Of a stretch of DNA of 64,000 nucleotides, positions 48,467 through 57,283 are shown piece by piece. The notes under the pieces were generated by a model that saw only the letters and a list, made by a program, of their open reading frames with translations, was not told the DNA's origin and did not search any database. The stretch is from Candidatus Bathyarchaeota archaeon (GTDB lineage: Archaea; Thermoproteota; Bathyarchaeia; Bathyarchaeales; Bathycorpusculaceae), in NCBI GenBank assembly GCA_026014485.1, contig JAOZIE010000008.1, positions 160,716 to 224,715 of the forward strand. Direction: 5' to 3'. Position numbers and translations under genes: made by a program. Positions within the stretch are counted from its first letter, which is position 1, and the number at the start of each line of letters is the position of its first letter.

Positions 48467-48827
48467 AAATCGAAGTTTAACACTTCAAGCCAGAAAATAA
48501 ACCTTTCCAGAGGTGAAGCGGTTTTCAGGTTTAATTATCAACAGTTGATGTGTGATTCAGCGAAAACCTTTCAGGCTTGAGGCTTTTCAGCTATCATGTT
48601 CGTTAATTGGGGGCGTAGCTTTTGAGAATGCCGTGTAATAGAAACGTGTGGGTGCGTTTTAGGTGTTGGTAGCCCGTGAGACATGGGCTCTTGGGCATTA
48701 ATTTATACGAAAACAGGTCTCGGAGATATAGCTCTTTATCTCCCTTTTTTCTTTTTTGCAAGCGCTTTTTGTTAGCAAAGAGTAGTCTAATTTTTTCAGG
48801 CAGAATCGGCATAGGGAGGCCTTAGTT

Positions 48828-49868
48828 TTGGCTGCACAAGAAAAAAGGCAACCTAAGTCTTCGGTAACCAACACGACCAACACGTCTACCAACGCATACT
48901 ATGTGGTCTTGGATTTCTTGGAGCAGAAACCCTCAAGCGACGCCTACTGGTGCCCCAAACTAATAGCGGAAGAACTCGGCCTCAACTGCAACACCGTCCG
49001 CTGGGCACTAAAACAACTGCTCAAAGATAACAAGGTATTCTGGGTCCCAAAAGGCAAGGTACACCTCTATGCCTCGTCACGTCGATTCAGCGATGATTTT
49101 AGCCGATTAATGAAGCTCCATCCGCCCAAGAATCGATATGAAATACACGGCTTAACCCTAAAGATTACTGCCGAAAGCTTAGGCAAGAAGGCACTCGCCA
49201 ACGCGATACCAGTAGGTGGGGTAGTGCGAGATGGCTGGAAGGGCGTCGGCGGAGAGGGAACTGGCGAGACACGTTTCCAGTTGAGTGCTAAGTGTCTTAT
49301 GGTTTGGGGCAGCTTTACGAATTTGAGTTTGGATTTTGATCGGTTCTTGGTGTGGTTGGCTAGGGTTGATGGTTTTTTAGCGGCTAGGAAGTGGCCTAGA
49401 ATTGAGGGACAGCTAAAGTTGTGGATTGTGTGCCAGTTTGGCTTGAACAAGGATTATCAGCGCTTTCGTGTTGATGGGCTGGTGAAGGCGTTTAGTTTGC
49501 AGAGTTTTGAGGATTGGTTTGCCCGTGTCTATGACAAAGAGTTGCCCGGTGGTGAGCATGTGTTGCGTACGGAGGTTCACAGCAACCATGAAGAGCGTAG
49601 TTTAGATCAGATGATTGCATTACTGAATGGAGATTTGAGCGTGGTTGAAGCTAACAACTTGCTGTGCACCGTAACTGAAGCCACTAACAACAACACCAAG
49701 GCTCTGGGCGAAGTCATCAAGCGCCTAGGACAATTAAGCGATGCCATTGTTGCTACACGAAAAGAAAACATAGAGTTGGTGAATGCACTGCGTGAGCTTC
49801 TAAGTTTTAGGAGCGTTAATTGCCCGGATTATCCTAAGCGCCAGGGAGATAAAAGCTATGTTTACTAG
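48828..49868 (+). CDS. wHTH-domain protein of probable mobile-element origin, possibly a replication initiator
   Basis: GGGAGG SD; IAEELGLN.NTVRWALKQL HTH; LNKD / RVYDK / LRTEV motifs; C-terminal coiled coil. Confidence 0.55.
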   Translation: MAAQEKRQPKSSVTNTTNTSTNAYYVVLDFLEQKPSSDAYWCPKLIAEELGLNCNTVRWALKQLLKDNKVFWVPKGKVHLYASSRRFSDDFSRLMKLHPPKNRYEIHGLTLKITAESLGKKALANAIPVGGVVRDGWKGVGGEGTGETRFQLSAKCLMVWGSFTNLSLDFDRFLVWLARVDGFLAARKWPRIEGQLKLWIVCQFGLNKDYQRFRVDGLVKAFSLQSFEDWFARVYDKELPGGEHVLRTEVHSNHEERSLDQMIALLNGDLSVVEANNLLCTVTEATNNNTKALGEVIKRLGQLSDAIVATRKENIELVNALRELLSFRSVNCPDYPKRQGDKSYVY

Positions 49869-50229
49869 CTTGTTCTGTAAGAATCAGGGTATGTCTTGTT
49901 TGGTACTTTATATTTTTCGCAGTGAAAACCTGTTCAAAAGCACTTTTCATACCCCATCGAAGGCATGGAAAAAGTCCATGCTTTTTACAAATCACTTTTC
50001 TGCAGTTGCTTAGTCCTGATTACTTAATGCCGAATTTGCTTTTTGTTGATGGGCGAGAAAATATAAAGTGAGCACTTTGATATGGAGCGCACTTAAAAAT
50101 CTGTTCAAAACTTGAAAAGAGTGCTATTTATTATGCTTTCTTTTCTCGTTCAGCTTGTTTTGTTAAAGCTTAAATGTGCCTTTGTGGTTTAAATCATAAC
50201 ATCACATAAAATATTGCTTTGTGATATGA

Positions 50230-50865
50230 ATGATAAAGTCAAGTATCTTGCTAAAGAAACTTCGAATAGACAAAAAGGAATTCGTAACCGCAGAAGAGCT
50301 CAAGCGCTATTGCAAAGCATTGACCCTGAACTATGAGAAGACAATCAAATACTATGTTTCCAGAGGGTACCTTATCCGAATTTTCAAAGGCATCTTCTAC
50401 GTCAAATCCTTAGACGAAGTCAAGCTTAGCAAAGCTAAACACAACCATCTGGAACTTGTTGCCAAGGGCCTAGAACTTAAAGGCGTTAAGAACTGGTACT
50501 TCGGATTGTACACCGCACTGAAATTTAACAACCTAACGCATGAGAGCTTTGCGGTGGACTATGTTGTTAACGATAAACTGTTAAGGACAAAGCCCATCAA
50601 TGTAGCTGGATACAAGTTCAGATTCCTAAAGCTAGCTCCAAAACTCCTAGACTTTGGCATACTTGAAAATAATCTCAGATATTCAGACCCAGAAAAGACA
50701 ATACTTGACTTCATTTACACTTGGCGATATAACGGCATCCCAAAAGAGAAAATAGTCCTTGACGTTTCAGAATGGGCTAAGGATACATCAAAAGAAAAAA
50801 TCAAAAAGTATGCTGCCAACTATCCAAAAACGGTTCAGGAAATCGCTGACATGGTGATCAGATGA
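50230..50865 (+). CDS. Type IV toxin-antitoxin antitoxin (AbiEi-like)
   Basis: GYLIRIFKGIFY wHTH, YFGLYTAL, SDPEKTILDF; overlaps an AbiEii-like gene. Confidence 0.82.
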   Translation: MIKSSILLKKLRIDKKEFVTAEELKRYCKALTLNYEKTIKYYVSRGYLIRIFKGIFYVKSLDEVKLSKAKHNHLELVAKGLELKGVKNWYFGLYTALKFNNLTHESFAVDYVVNDKLLRTKPINVAGYKFRFLKLAPKLLDFGILENNLRYSDPEKTILDFIYTWRYNGIPKEKIVLDVSEWAKDTSKEKIKKYAANYPKTVQEIADMVIR

Positions 50866-51803
50866 GAGGAGACTTTGTAAACGAAGTAGCTAAACTACAA
50901 AAAGTCAAAAGAGCGGACCTGATAGAAAAAGACTTAATCCTTCACCAAGTGCTCTTTGACCTATCCAAAAATAAGTTCTTCCACGACAATTTTGCTTTCA
51001 AAGGCGGCACCTGCCTAGCTAAATGCTATCTTGATTACTTTAGATTCTCAGAAGACATCGATTTCACATGGAAAGACCAAAGTGTCTTTGACGGGAAATC
51101 GCAGAAAGAGGTTAGAAGGTACCTCTCACAGGTCATCGATAGGATTGGAGAAGTCTTTGAAGAAATCGCTAAAGCACATGAGTTAGACTTCAGTTGTCTA
51201 AAAGACGATCGGAATTATGTTGAGCTGACTGGTGGCGATAAGACTTGTACCTTTAAGTTGTGGTACCAATCCGAAGTTTTAGGACGCAAAAGCTTTCTTA
51301 AGGTTCAACTGAATTTTGTAGAGAAGATATGTTACCCTTTTAAAGGCGCTGAGCTGAAAAGTCTCATAGTCGAAAACCCCGAAGAGCTCATTTTACTGTA
51401 CCCTGAACACGAAGTTTATGCCAAGAAAATAGCGTTTGATGTTTACGATTGCCATGAGATTTTAGCGGAGAAAATCCGAGCAATACTTACCCGACAAGGC
51501 ACAAAAGCAAGAGATTACCTCGATGTATACCTAATTGAAAAACAATTCAGAATCCACTTAGATGACATCTATACCTGCGTATTAAAGAAAACCCAGTTTA
51601 CGCTCAACCTCTATGAAAGATACCGCCAAAACTTAGAGGAGAAAAAGCGAACGCTTTTGTCGACGCCGTTCAACTGGGGTGAAGAGAAAGGACTTCTGCT
51701 AAAAGAAATCGACGAGACGGATTTCTACAAATTTATTGAAAGACTGAAAGCTTTCTTAAAGAAAGTCATAGATAACTTGCCTGAAAGAGAAAAAAGCAGG
51801 TAA
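50862..51803 (+). CDS. Type IV toxin-antitoxin nucleotidyltransferase toxin (AbiEii/AbiGii family)
   Basis: EKD, FKGGTCL, RFSEDIDF, EILAEKIRA, KARDYLD. Confidence 0.92.
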   Translation: MRGDFVNEVAKLQKVKRADLIEKDLILHQVLFDLSKNKFFHDNFAFKGGTCLAKCYLDYFRFSEDIDFTWKDQSVFDGKSQKEVRRYLSQVIDRIGEVFEEIAKAHELDFSCLKDDRNYVELTGGDKTCTFKLWYQSEVLGRKSFLKVQLNFVEKICYPFKGAELKSLIVENPEELILLYPEHEVYAKKIAFDVYDCHEILAEKIRAILTRQGTKARDYLDVYLIEKQFRIHLDDIYTCVLKKTQFTLNLYERYRQNLEEKKRTLLSTPFNWGEEKGLLLKEIDETDFYKFIERLKAFLKKVIDNLPEREKSR

Positions 51804-51927
51804 GCTTTTCTGTTGTTGGATTTTGAGCAAAAAGTAGCCAACCAAGAAATACACATATACTCTCTACTTGCGGGTAACTGCCGAAAAATAAGAAAGCATT
51901 ATTTTTAACAACCCGTAATATTTGCAT

Positions 51928-52517
51928 GTGAGCCAAAACTTAACTTAAATTTCATGGGCCATTTCACATTATTAACGGTCAAGAAGAAAATCTTCTGCTA
52001 TCTCCACTTGGCGAATTAAAAGGCGTTTATGTTTGGGCCATTCCCTTTCAAAACAAATACTTGTCATATTATGTGGGTGAAACAGGTAAATCATTTGTTT
52101 ACCGCACTATGGAACACGTCAAGTGTTATTTGAATGGCTTTTATCGAATCTATAACCCTGAAGAGTTTGCTATGGGCAAGAAGAAGCTGGTCTGGGGTGG
52201 AATGTGGAAAACCGACAGAAAAAGCCCAAAAATAATGATAGAATACTTACAACTACCAGCAGTTATCAGCTCTTGCATATGCATTTCTAACGCAATTTCG
52301 AGTTTTCTTAGTTCCACTTGATAATGATAACCAAAGACTTCGACAAAGAATAGAAGCTGCAATTGCTCAAGACTTACTTCAACAGGATGGGATTATAGGC
52401 AGCTTTCAAGATAACGACATAAGATATTATCTTAGGCGACAGAGCGAACCGCCAATCAAAATAAAGCTAAACGGGTATGAACAGTTACTTGGACTAAACT
52501 GCGAACTAACCATATAA
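51928..52517 (+). pseudogene. Frameshifted GIY-YIG-like nuclease
   Basis: GVYVW...YYVGETGKSF..R..EH in one frame; C-terminus (RQRIEAAIA...ELTI*) in another frame after about 52250; start also out of frame near 51945. Confidence 0.6.
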
Positions 52518-52557
52518 CCGGTACAGCAACAGAATTAGTGTTTTTTTCCTTCGTCTT

Positions 52558-53079
52558 TCATTTGTGGTTGTTAGGTTCAAATTCTACTTTTCCAGTTGTA
52601 GTTATTCTGGCTACTTTCCAGTCATAGCTACCCTTTGATACCGCTGTTTTAATAGAACCAATGACTGTGTGCGTCTGTGGAGTTGTGGGTTTAGCAAGAA
52701 AAGTTACACTTTTCACTTGCTTTTCTTGGTTTAGACCATCGAAGACCACAAAGTCCACAGGGTCCATAATCGCTTTTATGTCATAGGGGTCGTACTCCAA
52801 CTCCTTGAATTCTGGGCACAAGCAGTTTTTGACCATCAGCGGAACCTTGTTTCTGCCACGCTCGATTGCTGTCTCACGCATTTCTGCTTCCTTAGCTTGA
52901 AATACTTGCTCTTTATCCTGCAACGTAAGAAGCTTCAATTCGTATTTGTCTAGCCAAGTTTTAGGTGATTTGCCTGAGTATTTCAGGTGCAAATCGCTCA
53001 TCCGCACGATTTCTCCGCAGCAGGGACAAACGCAAAGAATCCGCCTAAACGACTGAAAAGCATCTAACAACTTCTTCAT
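52558..53079 (-). CDS. Holliday-junction-resolvase-like (Endonuc_Holl-type) protein with degenerate ExK motif
   Basis: CPCCG, coiled coil, DPVDFVVFDG, then VTFLAKP instead of FLEIK. Confidence 0.75.
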   Translation of the reverse strand: MKKLLDAFQSFRRILCVCPCCGEIVRMSDLHLKYSGKSPKTWLDKYELKLLTLQDKEQVFQAKEAEMRETAIERGRNKVPLMVKNCLCPEFKELEYDPYDIKAIMDPVDFVVFDGLNQEKQVKSVTFLAKPTTPQTHTVIGSIKTAVSKGSYDWKVARITTTGKVEFEPNNHK

Positions 53080-53558
53080 TAGAGAATCCTCACGTCAACC
53101 TTGTTATCTGCGATGGCGTCGCGGATAAGCCGCTGATGCTTATTCAGGTCTGAATTTCCCGATTTAATTTCAAGAAAGGTTATGTGATCAACTTCTCTGT
53201 TTAGCAAACCGTTGAACACTATGATGTCAATTGGATCGAATAGTGGTCTGCATTCTGCAAACTGCAGATTGAGGTCCTTGTAAGCTGGAATGAATCGTTC
53301 TATGATTTTGCCAAACCCAATTTCGATCGCCTTCTTTTCAGAAGTCACGTCTGCAGATAACTTTCTTTTCTCCAGATCCTTTGTGCGTTCGGCAAGTTCA
53401 CGCATAAGCTTAAGCTTGGCGAATATGGCCTCTTTGGGAAAATTCTTTGTGCCGTCAAAGAGCATAGAATCAGAGAGGTTGAATTCATTATCGCATTTTG
53501 GACATTGAGCTAATAATTTCGAGTTCTTTAGATTTTCAATGAATAAACCCAAATCCAA
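53079..53558 (-). CDS. Holliday-junction-resolvase-like (Endonuc_Holl-type) PD-(D/E)xK nuclease
   Basis: CPKC, GKIIERFIP, DPIDIIVFNG, FLEIKSG..L...QR.IRDAI. Confidence 0.82.
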   Translation of the reverse strand: MDLGLFIENLKNSKLLAQCPKCDNEFNLSDSMLFDGTKNFPKEAIFAKLKLMRELAERTKDLEKRKLSADVTSEKKAIEIGFGKIIERFIPAYKDLNLQFAECRPLFDPIDIIVFNGLLNREVDHITFLEIKSGNSDLNKHQRLIRDAIADNKVDVRIL

Positions 53559-53715
53559 GGTTTGAACCTGAATATTAGGTTCCCACTGATTAAACTTAAA
53601 TGATTTATGAATTCATATTAAGTAAGCAACCATTGTATTTCCGTTTGAGGTCACGGTTTAATTTTATGAAAGCACTGCAAAAAAACAATTATTTGCTAAC
53701 TCTGAAAATGTTAAA

Positions 53716-53736
53716 TACTTATAGAAAATATAAGTA
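53716..53736. promoter_or_regulatory. Palindromic operator-like site over the cas operon promoter
   Basis: TACTTATA-GAAAA-TATAAGTA, ending 26 nt before the cas8 ATG. Confidence 0.45.
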
Positions 53737-53762
53737 AACTGAAAGCTGGTTGAAAAATTAGG

Positions 53763-55466
53763 ATGCTTGCTTATGAACTTTACTTGAAAAATAAAGAAAA
53801 CACAGAAGAGTTTGTGCCTAAAGTTCCAATTAAGAAAGTGTTCGTTAAGGTTGGCGATAACGTAACTCTTCAACTGGACCAAAAAACCTTAGAACATTAT
53901 GGAGACGACCTGAGCGAAAAAGATCACAATTATTATTTTCAAAAATCTCTCTCCATGCCGTCAAAAAACCTTGCATCAATCGGTCTGCCTTACAGAGGAA
54001 CTGGAACTAACAATAATAACCCATATGTAGAGTTCTTCGGCAAATATGAAAAAGGCGAATTAAAAATCTCCATAAAAGGAAAAAAGAAAATCAGTAAAAA
54101 ACAAAATGAGGCTTATGAATACTCATATAGCTTTGAAAATGATAAAGAATTTGCCGCCGTTCCAGTTGATTTCTTGGTTTTAAGACTTGATAGGAAAAGC
54201 TATTTTTTTGGTGAAAAGCTGCTTTTCGACAGTTACAAAGAAGTCGGAGTCATTAGCGCAGAAGGTGCGTTGCCGTCAAAGGTATTTCTTGCGGTTTGTA
54301 GAGCCTTCTCTTCTTTATGGCAAGAGAAAATAAAGAGTGAAGAACTCAAAGAGTACAGTAGATTCTCATTTCAGATAGTCATCTTGCCGTTTTCACTTCT
54401 GCCAAATGGAAAGATCACCTACCGTAGTGATGAGGCATCCAATTGTTCGGTTAAGGAGTCCGAAGACAGTTTTGGAAACCAGGTAACGGGTTATACAGCA
54501 AAACGTACACAGACGGCAAAATTTTTTTCTTTCAATGATCCAGCTTTTTCTATCAACTGCAGAACCGGCAAAGAGTTCTATCAGAATCTCGATATCGGTG
54601 ATCAAACTGTACGTAAAATTAATTTGTCCGGATTGAAAACGGGTGTAAATTGGTATTTTTATGATGTAAATAACCCGTCATTCCAGTTTGAGAATACACG
54701 TTCAGGTATCTATGACCGGCTTCTCAACAACTATAACCACTTGATAAAACAAGCTGGCGAATTTGCAGCCAAAAAATCCACTATGAAGATTATATTTGTT
54801 AAAAAAACGCAGGCTAAACTTGAAGTACTTCTCGATGAGAATTTGACTTTTGATCAACTGAAACAGATGCTAAGTCGTGCTCAAGATAACTTAGCCCATC
54901 ATCCAATGGCTTTAGAGTCGCTTATAATAAAAAGGAAAAATGACATCGTATGGACTGATTATCTCACTGCAATAAGGCATTTCTTGAATGGCACCTTTGT
55001 TGATCGTACCTTTTTGGTTCAGCGGTTTACCCTTATCCTCTGGGAAAATCTCCGAGAATGGATAAAGGGTAATAAGCCAGACAGCAAAGCAGGGGACTTT
55101 TTTGAAAAATCCCAGTTTTGCTTGAATCTATTAACTAAAACTGAGGGAGGATTAGCTGTGAATAAAAACGAAAAATATGCATACAAGATTGGCTGTATAG
55201 CCGGAAAATACGTGAAATTTAAAAGAGAAAAAGATGAAGCAAACAACTCGACCAAAGACATTCTGACTTATTCTAGATATGATTTGGACCGCCTTAAATG
55301 GGTATATCAGCGGGCATGCAACAGTACCTTGCTTTCTAAAGCCGACTATATCGATTTCAGTCAATCTATAAAAAACGACATACCTGAAGATGAAATTGAA
55401 GAAGAAAAAGCACACGAAGACTATTCCTACTTTTTCTACAAAGGCGTCTTCCAAAATCTAACTTAA
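53763..55466 (+). CDS. cas8: CRISPR type I large subunit (divergent Cas8b-like)
   Basis: Size and position before cas7-cas5-cas3; helical C-terminus with Y.IG...G and YFF..G pattern; family call rests mainly on context. Confidence 0.7.
   Translation: MLAYELYLKNKENTEEFVPKVPIKKVFVKVGDNVTLQLDQKTLEHYGDDLSEKDHNYYFQKSLSMPSKNLASIGLPYRGTGTNNNNPYVEFFGKYEKGELKISIKGKKKISKKQNEAYEYSYSFENDKEFAAVPVDFLVLRLDRKSYFFGEKLLFDSYKEVGVISAEGALPSKVFLAVCRAFSSLWQEKIKSEELKEYSRFSFQIVILPFSLLPNGKITYRSDEASNCSVKESEDSFGNQVTGYTAKRTQTAKFFSFNDPAFSINCRTGKEFYQNLDIGDQTVRKINLSGLKTGVNWYFYDVNNPSFQFENTRSGIYDRLLNNYNHLIKQAGEFAAKKSTMKIIFVKKTQAKLEVLLDENLTFDQLKQMLSRAQDNLAHHPMALESLIIKRKNDIVWTDYLTAIRHFLNGTFVDRTFLVQRFTLILWENLREWIKGNKPDSKAGDFFEKSQFCLNLLTKTEGGLAVNKNEKYAYKIGCIAGKYVKFKREKDEANNSTKDILTYSRYDLDRLKWVYQRACNSTLLSKADYIDFSQSIKNDIPEDEIEEEKAHEDYSYFFYKGVFQNLT
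55158..55466 (+). CDS. cas11: Putative Cas11 small subunit translated from an internal in-frame start in cas8 (102 aa)
   Basis: GAGGGAGG at 55143-55150, then in-frame GTG at 55158 (MNKNEKYAYKIG...). Confidence 0.6.
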   Translation: MNKNEKYAYKIGCIAGKYVKFKREKDEANNSTKDILTYSRYDLDRLKWVYQRACNSTLLSKADYIDFSQSIKNDIPEDEIEEEKAHEDYSYFFYKGVFQNLT

Positions 55467-55476
55467 GGTGACAAAC

Positions 55477-56505
55477 ATGACTGAAAATCAAAAAACTGGA
55501 TTAAAAAATCTAAAAAAAGAACTGCTCTTCTACTATGAATCTAGACAGAATCCGAACGGCGACCCAGGCTTTGAAAACCAGCCGCGCCAAATGCCTGATG
55601 GCACAATAATAGTTACTGACGTGCGGATTAAGCGAACAATCCGTGACTACGCAAAAAGCAAGTACGACAATACCACCTTGTTTGTCGATTTGGGAGAAAA
55701 TGGCAAACCTGTAATGGCTGATGACAGGGCTGAAGAAATTATCGGCTCACTTAGCGGTGACGCTATAAAAAGTTTGGCAATCAAAACGTTTGATGTTCCT
55801 CTGTTCGGCGCTCTAGTTACTATTAGAAAGGGTAAAGATAAGAAAGGAAAGGACAAGGACAGTGGCTCTCAAAAGTTAACTGGACCCGTTCAGTTTGCTA
55901 TAGGCCGAAGCGTTAATCAAGTGCAAATTTTGAACCCCCAAATTACGGGAAGGTTTGTGGGCAAAGAAAAAAAGAGCGCATTACAAGATGACGACCAGAA
56001 ACAAGAGCAGTTTGGCAGTATTGGAAAGTTCTATGCGGTGGATTATGCTTTGATTAAGATACAGGGCGCCGTGAACCCCGCTAACCTTGGGGAATACCTC
56101 GAAGACGCCGCCGTCGTGGAGAGTTTTAAGAAAGCAGAGAACAAACTGTTCAATTGCCTTTGGGAGGGAACCAACGCCTTAATTACTCGGTCCAAGTTCC
56201 CGCAGAGAAGCATATTCCTCTTGGAGGTAACCTATGATTCTTCAATCTACAATGACCTGCCAGTTCTGGTTGAAGAAGATCAGGCGCTTAAAGGCCGAGC
56301 CAACGGCTTAACAGATTCCCCGCTAAAGTTCACCAAGTTGCTTGAAGCACTCAAAACCCGCGAGGGAAAAGTCAAAAAAGTGCGGCTGGCATCCTGCAGA
56401 GAACTGCTCAAAGATACGCAAAAGCTCAAAGCCGACATAGAAGCCCTTAGAATTCCAGTTGAATTAGTACCGACTGAAGAGCCTTTGGGGGTGGCAGCGA
56501 GTTGA
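55477..56505 (+). CDS. cas7: Cas7 (Csh2 / type I-B family)
   Basis: NPNGDP..ENQPR, VTDVRIKRTIRDY, DV.LFG, TGPVQF..GRS; AGGTGA SD before ATG 55477. Confidence 0.92.
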   Translation: MTENQKTGLKNLKKELLFYYESRQNPNGDPGFENQPRQMPDGTIIVTDVRIKRTIRDYAKSKYDNTTLFVDLGENGKPVMADDRAEEIIGSLSGDAIKSLAIKTFDVPLFGALVTIRKGKDKKGKDKDSGSQKLTGPVQFAIGRSVNQVQILNPQITGRFVGKEKKSALQDDDQKQEQFGSIGKFYAVDYALIKIQGAVNPANLGEYLEDAAVVESFKKAENKLFNCLWEGTNALITRSKFPQRSIFLLEVTYDSSIYNDLPVLVEEDQALKGRANGLTDSPLKFTKLLEALKTREGKVKKVRLASCRELLKDTQKLKADIEALRIPVELVPTEEPLGVAAS

Positions 56506-57266
56506 GTATTGTCTCCTTCGATCTTGAAGGAGACTTTGCAGCCTTCAAAGACCCCTCAGTGACAACAAACCAAACGGTAACCGTTATACCATCAAAGAGT
56601 GCGCTGATAGGTCTGTTAGGTGCTCTACTTGGAATTAAAAGGTCTAACTCGATATTCGACGATATGTACAGTGAAGGCTATCTTGACCTGCTCAAGAAAA
56701 CCGCTGTAGGCATCCAAGTTCGGAATCAAGTGACCAAATGCACCTTTTTTACGAACCACCGCTCACTCATAGAACCCAAGACTAAACCCTTCAAAACCGA
56801 GTTGCTGGTTAACCCCCAGTACACGGTTTACATAAAATCCACTGATGAGGTAAACCAGGCTTTGCTTGACAGACTCAAAGATAACCGGTTTGTGTTTTCT
56901 CCGATGCTTGGGCATGCATATTGTCCAGCGAGAATTTCCCAGTTTAGGGAACTGTCGGGTGTTAAAGAGGTTAAACCAATAAAAAGTCTAGTTTCCTCTG
57001 TTTTCTTAGATGAAGTTTCTGAATCAAAAAGCAGTACTCAAGGAGTTATTTTTGAAGCAGGGCTTTCGGCTAAAATTATTGTTGAGCGTCACTTACACCT
57101 TTATGTCATGGACAATGTTCTAAAAAGAGCAGTCTTACGTCACTATATCCCCGTTCCTCAAAATGACGAAAGCTCAATCTTAGAAATTACCCATTATGAT
57201 TCTCGCCTATCATTAACTAAATTCTATTCTGTTGAAGGTTCGGAGCAAGCTCTGTGCCTCTTTTAG
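56502..57266 (+). CDS. cas5: Cas5
   Basis: FDLEGDFAAFK, PSKSALIGLLGALLG, E.LVNP.Y.VY, P.LG...CPA. Confidence 0.92.
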   Translation: MSIVSFDLEGDFAAFKDPSVTTNQTVTVIPSKSALIGLLGALLGIKRSNSIFDDMYSEGYLDLLKKTAVGIQVRNQVTKCTFFTNHRSLIEPKTKPFKTELLVNPQYTVYIKSTDEVNQALLDRLKDNRFVFSPMLGHAYCPARISQFRELSGVKEVKPIKSLVSSVFLDEVSESKSSTQGVIFEAGLSAKIIVERHLHLYVMDNVLKRAVLRHYIPVPQNDESSILEITHYDSRLSLTKFYSVEGSEQALCLF

Positions 57267-57283
57267 AGGCTGGGGGATAACAA

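Noticed and set aside
48608..48690. GGGGGCGTAGCT resembling a tRNA 5' end (possible integration site)
   Set aside because: No D-loop GG, no TTCRA T-loop and no acceptor-stem complement; only a small hairpin follows
53559..53762. Searched for a degenerate repeat or mini-array (CreTA/CreR-like) near the cas genes
   Set aside because: No repeat-like or ATTGAAAC-handle sequence seen here or between cas genes; checked by eye only
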